From NCBI GenBank assembly GCA_016748015.1, contig JAAOMT010000261.1:260733-324732 (forward strand): 64,000 nucleotides of DNA. Direction: 5' to 3'. The position numbers and the translations under genes were made by a program. This document shows, one piece after another, positions 36,532-48,500 of the stretch (position 1 is its first letter; every line of letters starts with the position of its first letter). Below the pieces are notes generated by a model that searched no databases, had not been told where the DNA came from, and worked only from the letters and a program-made list of their open reading frames with translations. The DNA comes from Geosiphon pyriformis uo1. Its lineage: Eukaryota > Fungi > Glomeromycota.

Positions 36532-39500
36532 GTGGCGACTATTGGAACAATAGGAAAGGACCACTCCTTGTACGGAAAAGCACTATTTCAATACTTTCGA
36601 AAAGATCTAGAAATATCAGCAAGAACCACTTATGCAGAAAGTGATTTTTGTAACTATATCAACGCAAAAATTGACTGCTTGTTAGGCTGCACAACTGATA
36701 CAGAAAGACTTGGAGAACAAATCTATCAAAGTTTACTAGGGTACTCAACAGCCACGACTACCCGAGCAATTGCTGAAACTCTGTACATAATTGATACAGA
36801 CATTAAATATTATGTGGCACAACAATTCCCTCAAGTACAACAACCAGTGGAATCCGATCCTAAAGAATACAAAAACGAATCCAACAATCCCGTAACTGTC
36901 CAAGCCAAGTCCACGGTAAACAAGAAACCAAGAGTCCTCTCCCCAACAACTCTATCATACCATCAGACACCCCAAAGTAGAATTGTATTCAACCCACCCC
37001 TGGAAACCCAGTCAGAAACACCATGAACTCCTGGAAATTCACACCCTTGAAATCAACACAGTTGGACCAAATCACTAAGAAAATATGGATCGCTGTTTGG
37101 AAATCTTATCCCAGCAGCCAGTCAAACAGAAAGAAACCCGTCAACTTGAGAACAGCCACCAGCACAAAACCTAGCAGAATCAGCATCTCCCCTGATGGAA
37201 GAAACAGCTATTTTACAACCTATTGGTTCAAACGACAAAAGAAAGCAACCAGCATTAGCACCTGGAGAACACTCGAATACGCAGACACCAATCCCTTTAA
37301 ACATAACCAGTAACACCCCACCCATTAACCAGATCATGACTTACTGGGATATTATTAAATTGGAAAAATTCTCAGTAAAAAAGATAACGCATATTCTTAG
37401 ATCGTAGATGCCAAGAAAGCAATTACTGCTAATGGTTGGAACGATGACCATACAGTTCAGGCACTGCCATTCTTTCTGACCGAAACTGCCGATTTGTGGT
37501 ACCAGAGCTTGGCAGAGAAGCCTATCTCTTTTACTGAGTTTAAACTCGCATTTTTGCAATACTTCTGTGACCCCAATACGTTAATCCGATTGCAGAATCA
37601 ATTCAGCATAATTAAACAAAAAGATCACAAAGCAGTAACTACTTATCTTGGACAATTCAATCAAATCCTGCGTCAAATATTAGCTATCGAAAAGGACTAC
37701 TATACCGTGGTGCAAGTTCTTAATCAATTCATTAAAGGATTGTGAAGTAGTATTCTAAGATCCATAAGACTCTGCCATCCGACCAGTTTACAAGATGCCA
37801 TCACTCTCGTTTGCAATTTTGAATCTGCAGAACAAGAAGCAAACCATACCCAAGCTGTTAATTTAGCCATTAATGGAACCTCTGACATCGATGCAAAGAT
37901 AACCCAATTGAGTGAAAAACTAACTCAAAAAATTGAGGGATTCTTAGCTGGAACTACAGAAACTTACCAACCACCCCAATGGAGAGAAAATAACAACAAC
38001 AGCAAATACCCACAGCAACAGAACTATCAGCAACAGCAACAACCTTGGAGATCTGATCCCTACAACTGTTACTACTGCCAGAAATCTGGACACATTGCCC
38101 GTAACTGCAGAAGGAAGATCATGAACCAAAATCAAGGAAACCCAATACCAGCAACCCAGATATCAGCAAAACATGGTACCCCAATATTTCATACCTCAGA
38201 ATCAACCACCTCTATATGCACAACAAGTCCCGTACACTCAACCACCACCCCAGAATTATTATCAACCACCACCAATGACACAAGCAATCCCTTACTATTA
38301 AACTTCCCCTTACAGCCCATCCAGATCTTGAGCTATAGACTATAATCAGGGATGGAGGAATCTCAACAACAATCAGGTGCAAACCAACAGTGGACCATCT
38401 CGACCAATCCCTTGCAGTCCTGCCTAATCTCGACCAACACCAACTGAATACCTGAATCAAGCTTCCTATCTTGGTCTTATGGAAGACCAGAGTTTTGATA
38501 AATCTACACTTGTGGAAGGGGGAGATATAGAACAAATCTCCCAACCTTCCAAGCAAACAAAAAGCAATATTCCACCAGCCACTATTACCGAAGACACCAC
38601 CCTAGTCATCATATTTCCTTTTGACATTGATAATTTGAACACACATAGCCTTTTTAGTGGAGCAGCCATCAATTAGGATAAACCAATAACAGCCCTATAC
38701 ACCGATGCCAGAGTTGAAGAAATAGACATTAAATTAATCCTGGATAGTGGATTAACTGGTAGCATAATCACGAAGCAGCTTATAGACTAACTAGGTTGCC
38801 AAGTAGACCATGCCGCTACCGCCCGGATCATTACAGTGGATGGGAACACAAAAACCCCGATAGGAGAAATTGACAACTTCCCCTTCGAGATTAATAGAAT
38901 TCAAATTCCTACCAAAGTACTCATTATGGAAGCTATTCAATATCAAGCTCTAATAGGAAATGACTGGTTGTTAAAAGCCAATACTACTCTCAACTGGAAC
39001 ACCTAAAAACTTCAACTCATGTTCAACGGACAGCATGCCCGAGTTCCAGCTATGTGCGGACACTTTAAAAACCAACGTACCAAGGAACCCCTTATTGAAT
39101 TTGAAGACACATTAATGCCACCAACTATTGAGACCTATCAGGTTTTATGGGCGGATGATTATCAAACTGAACTACCCCCACCACCAACCTGGAAAGAAAA
39201 AGGAAAAGGCAGAGCTGAAGAAGAACCCCAATTGTTATCACTAGGATATGTAACTTCGGACCAAAGAAACTTATTTTACCAACCCCCAAGACTAATATGT
39301 GTCGATTGTGGAAAAAAACTATCCACTATGGGCGCATGTATCAGGGACAATGAAAAATAACCCACCGCCACCAAATACTATTGCAGGCCTTGTTTACTGG
39401 AAAGATTTGGACGACCAAAACAACAAGGCAAGTGGAACCACACGCTGTGCCTTGCATATGGTGAAATCCTGCCAGATAAAAGACTCTGGAATGATGTGCT

Positions 39501-42321
39501 TGGCAGAGGAGGAACATACGATGAGACTTGTCAATACATTATATTAATCAATGATTGGGTATGAAAGGGAACTCCCATCGAGAACGCTTGGAAACAAGCA
39601 CTTAACAGGCTAGATGGTTATCCACATGATGACCACAAAATCTGGAGAATGGCAAGCACCAAGGCCAAAGGTGCCATGTCCAAAGAAATACGAGAAATTA
39701 AGGACAACTCTTGGATGCCTGAATATACTGAACCCAACTACCCTGAGAATAATTTCTTTACAGATAACCCAGACGCATTTCAGAACTAATATCAGGAATT
39801 GGCCCCAACTCGCGAGAAACAGGAGCAAAGGTTGGCCGATTTGAATACCAAACTATGTGATTACTATTTGATCCCCTGTCACTTCCAGTACTGCGATGAA
39901 TGTGATCTTATGTTCAATCCACCTCCAAGAATACTGTTTCTAATCACCAAACTACCTGAGCCCAAAGAAGAGGTATTGATCACCAAGGACATGTCATTTT
40001 AAGATCCAACTAAGGATACTGAAACAGAACAGTATCTTACATATCCTGACCTATCTAAAGAACTAAAGCTAAAATGGTACAGTGACAACGAGGAAGGAAT
40101 CTGCCCCAAAAGAGCACATGACACCAATGCCGATTTCGACCTATGATATCCTGGACAATCACTCATCATTATAGCCCCACATTCCCTCGTAAAAATAGAT
40201 CTTAAGATAGCATTAGAAATTCCTGTTAGTACAATGGTACAAGTTGCCTTTTGATCTAGTCTAACCAAGAAAAAAATTGACATAAAAGGAGGAATCATCG
40301 ATGCTGGTTACACAGGAAACATCATTGTGATGCTACAGAACAATTTGAACAGACCCTACAAAATAGAATCACAAGAAAAGATTGCCCAAACTATCTTCCT
40401 ACCTCTAGTTAAAATACCCCAATTAACCCCAGTAACAACCCGAAAAGAGTTAGGCCTCACTGCCTAAGGAATCAATGGATTTGAATCAAGTAGAAGAGGA
40501 AACGTACTGGTTAATTTCATGGAAGAAGACAGTGACCAGGTAGAATTTATCCACACCAACACCATCATCTCCATTCCCCCATACTGACAATACATCCTTA
40601 AAATGAATCGAAAGATCCAAGATCAAGCCCTATTATTCGAAACCAGTTCCGAAATCTGTTCCCTAGCTGATGTTACTAATCTATACCTACTAGCCAAAGC
40701 CCATAAACACTTCAAAATCTCCATCCACAACCCGACAGAAGATGTCATTAAAATCCCCGAAAGAACCCTTATCGGTTCCATATCTGCAGATAGTCAGAAT
40801 CCTGAAAAACCCCAGTCCATTCCAGATTTCACACAATTATTCTTATTCTGTGACATTACCTCACAAGTATGGAATTTGCCAAAAGAAAGTTACTTGTTCA
40901 TATCAGAAAAGATCAATAAATTGAATTTAGGAAATTTAAGTACCCTGCAACAAATGCAACTCAAAGTCCTTCTGAATCAGTATGCCAATGTCTTTGCCAG
41001 CGAAAATGAGTTTGGACGCACCGACATCGTGAAGCATCAGATTGATACAGAAAACGCTTGACCAATTAAGCAATAAGCTTACCGTATACTCCCATCTGGT
41101 GATAACCTAATTAAGCAAGAAGTGCAATGGATGCTTGATAACAGCCTAATCAAAGAATTGTTAAGTCCTTGGTTCTTGTCAGTAGTCTTGATCACCAAAA
41201 AAAATGGAAAAGTGCAATTCTACGTAGATTATCGAAAACTAAATAGTGTCACGCGAGGAGATAGTTATCCCACTCCCCTCATCCAGGAAATTTTGGACAA
41301 TCTAGAAAAAAAGAAATAGTTCTCGTCATTAGATTTAGCAAGTGGTTGCTGGCAAGTTGAAATGGACCCCAAAGACAAAGAAAAAACAGCGTTTACCACT
41401 CGAAATAGAAACTTTGAGTTTAACGTAATGCCTTTTGGACTTTGTAATGCTCCTGCCACATTTCAATGCCTGATGGATGTAGTATACAAAGAAATCCTTT
41501 GGAAATCAGTAGTAGTTTACCTAGATGACACAAATGTGTTCTCCGAAATATTCGAAGACCATCTGCTCTACCTGCAACAAGTCTTCGAACGCCTTCATAG
41601 TGCTGGATTGAAACTCAATTTTGAGAAGTGCTTCTTTGAAAAAACCGAGTTAAAATTCCTAGGACATGTAATCGGCAAGGACAGAGTTAAATCTGATCCA
41701 AATAAAGTACAAAAAGTCAAGGATTTTCCAGCTCCAATCAACCTTAGAGAATTATGAAAATTTCTAGAATTAGCAAGATATTATCATCAATTTGTCAAAG
41801 GTTTCTCGAACATCACAAAACCACTCCATCAATTGTTGTCCAAATATGTACCGTACTTGTAGAAGGAAGATCAACAGAAAGCATTCGACTATCTCAAGCA
41901 GCGATTGATCACATCCCCAATTCTGATTTACCCAGATTTTACTAAACGGTTCATTGTCACTACGGATGCCTCGAAAAATGCTCTAGGAGCAGTTTTATCA
42001 CAGATAGGACCAGACAATAGAGAACATCCAATTGCTTATGCCAGCCACAGCACTAGTTCAGCAGAAAAGAATTACAGCACAACCAATTTGAAATGTCTCG
42101 CCATTTATTGGACAGTACAGACATGGAAACATTACCTTAGTCAACTATTTAACTTATATACCGACCACAAAAGACTTATTTGATTACTCAACAATCTACA
42201 GCTAGAAGAGAAATATGCAAGATGGAGTACTTATCTGTAACAATTTTTACTCAAAGTCTATTACAAGGAAGGATCCAAGAACACCAATGCCGACAGTTTG
42301 TCGAGGATGCCACAAATCTAA
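36532..42321 (+). pseudogene. gag-protease-dUTPase-RT-RNase H polyprotein remnant
   Basis: Collinear domains with premature stops and about 2 frameshifts; ends NTNADSLSRMPQI*. Confidence 0.88.
40096..40492 (+). pseudogene. Trimeric dUTPase domain within the gypsy polyprotein (missing from the ORF track because of stops)
   Basis: PKRAHDTNADFDL, *SSL (RSSL), GGIIDAGYTGNI, KIAQ and *GINGFESS (RG..GFGSS) correspond to dUTPase motifs 1-5. Confidence 0.9.
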
Positions 42322-42331
42322 TCCCAAACTC

Positions 42332-43699
42332 ATGGACACACTCACTTATTAACGACTATATTAGTATCTATCGACACTATGTTTCAAGAAGATATTATCT
42401 CAACAGGAACAGAGTACTATACGAAAACAAGCCTGAAATTATTTTATTTAAGACAACCAACTATATCGACAAGAACACCAAAACCACCCCAACTCACAAC
42501 AACTAATCATGAACAGTAAAAGAGAAACTATACTATATAGTATGCACTTAGATCTGACTGTAGGACACTTTAACAAAAACGCTACCCTCGAAAGAACACT
42601 AAACTTATACTATTGGCCAATGATATACAAAGACATTTTCAAATATGTGCTTAATTGTAATACATGCCAGCAAAAAAAAAGAGCAAGATCAACAGAACCA
42701 CTTCGACTCATTCCAGTTGGAAATCCATTTGATAGAATCGGGATCAATTTGGTTGGACCTCTTTCAATTACATCTCAAGGAAATCGCTATATCGCTATAG
42801 CCATAAACTATCTTACAAAATGGCCAGAAACCAGAGCAATCCAAGTGGCTGATGCCAAAACAGTTACCAAATTTGTGCATCAAGACCTAATTTGCCAACA
42901 TGGATGTCCAAAAGAATTATTATCTGATCAGGGAACACACTTTGTTAATAATACACTGACTAAACTAAGCCAATGGTTTGGAATAAAAAGACTCTTATCG
43001 TCACCATACCATCCACAAACAAACGGACTGGTAGAACAGTTTAACAGAACACTGTGTGAAGCACTAGCAAAAATAAGTCATGAAAACAGACAAGAATAGG
43101 ACTTATTCATACCTTCTGTACTCTTTGCATACCGAACATTGAAACAAAATATGACTCAGTTCACACCATTTGAACTAGTCTATGGAAAAAAAGCTATGTT
43201 ACTGATTGAACGAGTAATACCGTCATACCCAACAGAAACAATCAATGAAGAGAATTTTGAGGCTACCTTACACCAAAGAACGTACCAGCTAATGGAAATG
43301 TTGGAAAACAATCAAAGAACAGCAGCTGACAATATTAGTCACACTCAAGAATGACAAAAAGAAAGACATAATAAACACCTGCCAGAACAACCAATGGAAT
43401 TCAAAATTGTAGACCAAGTACTGTTACATCATACAAAAGCTGAGAAACAGTGAAGTGGAAAGTTCGACCCAAAGTGGGATAATCCATTCCACATACACAA
43501 AGCATTAGGAAATGGAGCTTACAAATTACGATTGGAAGACAGGATTTTAAAGAAAGTAGTGCATAGAAATTGGTTAAAAATTTATCATGTAAAACAGGAA
43601 TCATCGTCATCAGTACCTCAACTAGGAACACAAATTTCATTAATCAGACCAGAAGATATACCACGAGATCTGGAACCAATCATCGTCATTGAAACATAG
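42332..43699 (+). pseudogene. Integrase ORF remnant
   Basis: MDTLTY start; H..GHF..YYWP..CNTCQ zinc finger; rve core (SDQGTHF, YHPQTNGLVE); TPFELVYG. Confidence 0.88.
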
Positions 43700-43779
43700 A
43701 CAATGGACAGCAAATTAAATTGGGAAATTCAAATATATATAGCATCTGAAAAGCAGCAAGAAACAATAGAAATTTCAAC

Positions 43780-44500
43780 ATGGACTTTTCAGATCAAATT
43801 TTAAAATTATCTAAACAATTATTTGAAACAATTCAAAAATTGACATCTCAAATAGAAATAACAATTGATAAAAAAGAGATACAGTACAAAGATAAGAGCA
43901 GAAGAGAGAAGGATGAGAGTTCAATTAGAACTAAACGTTTCCTCCCCTACTCACCACCCAAAAGGCAATATGGGAGGAAAAATTGTTTTTGGGCGGGGAG
44001 TGGAAAAGAAGGAGGCAAAGAATAAGAAAAAGGTTACAAAAGAAAATACTTGGTTCCCAAGCTTGAAGAAATAAAACAAGCTTTAGCTTGTAGGACCGAA
44101 CTCCCCAAAACAGGGGAGTGGACACCTGACAACGCCCAGGAATGGAAAGAAAAACTTCCTTCAGCTTATTGGTTCTACAAAATTGGAGAACAGCTTGACT
44201 TAAAAACACCATATGAAGATTTCAGCCAGAAAACATTCAACAAAGAAGCAATACAACAAGTAGAAAAATTCGTAGGGAAAAACAACCTGACCCTATATTA
44301 CAAAGCAGCATACTGACTATACGCCACCTTTCAACATTGCCCAAACGTACTATTGAATGGATCTATGAAAACCATAATGGTTAACAGTATAGGACAAATA
44401 ATCAATCAACAGTTTGAAGACCTACAAAAGACAATACTTGAGGCAACAATCGAACATTACACAAACGAAGCCATGATAACAGATACATATGGTTTCGCAG
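43780..44500 (+). pseudogene. Additional ORF downstream of integrase (unknown function)
   Basis: Track ORFs 43780-44025 and 44050-44316 share one frame that continues to about 44500 with two stops. Confidence 0.6.
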
Positions 44501-44501
44501 A

Positions 44502-45516
44502 CAATAACATTGGATAATGTGTTATAACATTGGATAACATGTTATAACACAGGATAACACAGAATAGTGTACAATAACGTAGGATAATATGTTATAACAC
44601 AGGATAATACAGAATAACATGTAATAACGTCAGATAACATGTTATAACATAGGATAACTAGTGATAATGTAGAAAAACAAAGCAATAACAGAAACAACAA
44701 AGCAATAGCTAGTGATAGTGAGACAATTGAAAGCAATCCTGTAAAACCCAAAGAATGTAAAAAAGCAAGTAGTTGTAGAAGTGAGAAAAGACAGACAGAT
44801 AGATATGAACCTCTAGACAAGAATTAAATATCCATACCTCTTCATCCTTTATTATCTTCCCTATTTCATCTTCTGAAATAAATCAATTATTAAAAGAAAT
44901 CAGAATCACGAATTCATGTTCTCAAACTTCGTGAAATTTATGTGAATTAACTCTTGTTTCATACCTCCGTTCTAGAACAGATGCTCTTAACATAACCACC
45001 TCAAACTTATTAATGATTTGGACCAATTGCTCTTGATCACGGCAATTGACGATACTAATTTATCTTTTCTCTCTTTTCTTTTCTTTTCTTTTCTTTTTCT
45101 TTTTCTTTTTTTTTCTGTCTTATTTTTTTGTGGAGCAGCAACATAGTAAAATTGACTGTCTGGGAATAGACTTCGTGATAGCCTGGTAAAAGAGGGAAGC
45201 TCCCCCTAAGTTTTGGATATTAACATTATTTTGTTAGCTTACCAGAAGGGCGAAAAGACAATGCCAGACCCTAACAATTGTGCTCGTTAGCTTGGAGAAG
45301 AAAGCTCACATTTACGAAAAAACATTGCAATCGACGAAAGACAAACTCTGTGCCTTATAACCAAAGAACTCAATGAGTAAAATTCACATCCAGGAATAGA
45401 CTTTCAGAGACTGATAATCAAGACTAAGCCAACAGAATTATGCAGAAGACATATTATCAATAATTGAGAGCACCAAATGTTACCATTTCTCATACCCACC
45501 AAGTTTACCCATAACA
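44502..45516 (+). repeat. 3' LTR (first ~76 bp missing)
   Basis: Aligns to the 5' LTR from 35438 onward; the differences read are mostly transitions. Confidence 0.9.
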
Positions 45517-48500
45517 ACGCATTGCACTATTCGAGTTCAGATTAATTAAATCAATTAAGATGCAGCTGGTAAGACTGTGGCAAAAAGTGGTGGTTGAATT
45601 TGACCAGATAGATTATGCTGATTTGGTCGCCGCAAAATAGTCTATCCTGATTGGGAAAAACATGATGCATGTTGCTAGATCCAATATAGACAAAGAGTCA
45701 TGGGATGCACGAGATGTTTACAAAGCCCTTTTGTACACTTTGCCAATAGGAACCAATGCACATAATATTTGGAATTATATTGTTTCAGTGGGTGGGAAAA
45801 CTTGTGTAATTGATTATTACCTGGTTTCTTATGCCTGGACCAAGTGTGCTACTGTTTGTTTTGATTCTGCTGAGTTATTGGATGCTGTCATAAGAACTAC
45901 TTCAGTTTTAAGGAGTGTGAATCTGCATTGGTCTCATTTGGGTTTTTCTAAATGTGCTAAGTATAGGAAGATGAGTCATACATCTTTGGACTGTGCTGTG
46001 AATGGAAATTTTTCCTCTGGAAAACCTTCTAGCAGATCTTTTTTAAACATGGATAAAAGCAGGTTGGCAATCATCTATGTCAAGCATTTGGCTCTGATTG
46101 CTCATCTTATTGCTTTTGATGAAGTTTCTTGGGCAAAAATTGCTAGTGAAACTTTTTTTTTTTCTCCCTGTGCGAAATGTGTTGGTCAATTCTGGCTTCT
46201 CTTTAAAGATGAAGCCTATTCTTTCTGATATAAGTGATATTGAAAAAAGATTTGTTGTTTTGGAAAACAGTCTTGCCAGCCTTATGGGACAAATTGGTAA
46301 GTTGGCTAAGAGGTTGGAATCATTTGTGCTGGCAGTTTCCCAGCCTAGCTCTGGATGTCAGCTGCTGGTGACCCCTCCATCACAGAATTGGGTGGGTGAT
46401 GTAGTGATGGGAGAGAGTTCAGGTAAGGCCACAAGTGGTGAGACTGCTGCAATTTTGGATTCTTCTGCTTCTTCTGAGATAAAAAAATTGGAAAACATAT
46501 TGGAAAGACTTTCTGCTTTGGTTTAAGTCTAACAGCAAGATTTGATGGCTTAATTTTGGGAGTGGTGTATTTCTTAAATCTTTTTCTCAATGATTGGTCT
46601 AGTTTAGAAGATTGCCATGTGCAATGTTAAGGGTATGAACAATCTTGCAAAACAGAATGATATAATTTGTTGGCATAAAGAGATGAACAATTTGATTTCT
46701 GTGGTTATTGAGACTAAGTTGAGAGACAAGATTTGTCCATGGATCATGAATAAATTTAATGGTGTTCAGGTTTTCACTTCTGGTTTGGACTCTGGTTATT
46801 TGGGTTCTGGTGTTGCAATTATTATGGACAATTCTTTGGTGAGACATGTATGTAAAATTTCTAAAGTTTCTAGTCAACTTCTCTCCCTTAAACTACTCTT
46901 CAAGAATAATCTTTCTGTATCAATTTTGGGGCTCTATGCTGGTGCTTTGTTAGTGGTTCAGTTTTCTCAGACTGGTGAAATCAATTCTTTTATTGCAAAA
47001 GCAGTAAATGAGTTCTCCTTTGTTATTTTGGGTGGTGATTTCAATGAAGCCAGTGCCTGAAAGTGTGCTAGCTTTAAGAAGTGCTTTAATTTAGGTTTAA
47101 TTGATTCTCTAAGAGAAAGTTTGTTCATCAAGATGCTTACATGGACCAATTCTCATGGTGTTGCTAAAGTTCTTGATTACATTCTCATTTTTTCAAGTTT
47201 GGTTAATACTGTAATAGATAGTAGTGTAACTAATGTTGTGAACTATTTTGATACTGATCACAAAGCTGTTGCTGTTTTTGTGGGTTTTGGTGATTTGTTA
47301 GATGTGCAGTTGTTTTTGTTTCAAAAGCAAGCTAATAAAAATCATTGGAAGTTTGATGTCAAAAATGCCAATATTGCGAAATGGTGTAAGTTTAAGAACA
47401 CCATGGCAGCTAATGTCATTATGTTCTCAGATGAGTTTGCTAGAGCTGTAACATTTTTGGATCTGGATGCAATATGGGCTGTTGTTCACAAAATAATAGT
47501 TTTTTCAGCTGATGGTACTTTCAAAAAAAAATGGTTCAAGGGTTTTGATGATGTTTTTACCAAAAAGTCTTCTAAGTTTCATAAACTCAAGTTGTTGGTG
47601 TCAAAGTTAGTAAAGGCTTCTTATTCAGCTTCTAGTAAGGATTTTGCTTCATTATTAGAGACTTGAGATAAACTTAATAGTGGTGGTACAGTAGAAGTGA
47701 AATCTCTTTTTATTTCTGGTTTTAGTTTTAACACTGTTTGTTTTGAGCTGGCTAAGGCAAGGAAATCTTATCAATCTTTCAAATTGTTGGAATCAAGATG
47801 TGCTAAAGAGTTTTGCATCAAACAGACAATTTGTAAAAGAATGGAGAATTTTGAGTTGGACAAGAGTTATACCATCAGGAGTGTGCTGGAGTGTTTCTTT
47901 CATAAGATAGTGTTGGATTATTTTGTTGTAGACAAGAAGTTGGTCTTGGAGTCTAAGTTGGTCAAATCTAAGGTAGATACAATTATGGAGGATTGGATTA
48001 GAAGACATTGGGTGGTCAATAATATTGCCAATAATTGGAGCCATTAATATCAACCTTTGGAGTATGTTTTTGATGAAGCTTTTTCTGATGTAATGTATTC
48101 AATTGGATTTGATAAATTATATGGGGTGGTTTTTTATTTGCCTGATGGCAAAGCTGCTGGTCTTTCAGATATCTTAAATAAACTATGAAAGCATTATAAT
48201 GAATTGGTTTTTAATCTGCTTTTGGTGCTTTTGAACTCTTGTTTAGCTTGTGAATCTGTATCCAGTTCTTAAAAGGAGGCTTGGGTCTCAATAATTCCTA
48301 AGCCTTATGAATGAGAGGGTGTTCTAATGAATGCCCATCCTATTGCTTTAATTGAGACAGTTCACAAGGTTCTTTCCAAAATTCTCTCTGATAGGATTTT
48401 TTCAGCATGCAGTACTTTTGATGTTCTTTGTGAGGACAACTTTTCAGTTTTAAAAGGCATGTCAACTCAGTCTCCCATTTTTGCAATTGGTTTAGTTATT

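Larger units (their letters stand above)
35362..45516 (+). mobile_element. Ty3/gypsy LTR retrotransposon (degenerate) with dUTPase and an extra 3' ORF
   Basis: TGTTAT...ATAACA termini; ACGC TSD (35358-35361 and 45517-45520); order gag (CYYCQKSGHIARNC), PR (LDSG), dUTPase, RT (YLDD, 41518-41529), RH (TTDAS), IN (HHCC, YHPQTNG). Confidence 0.95.
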
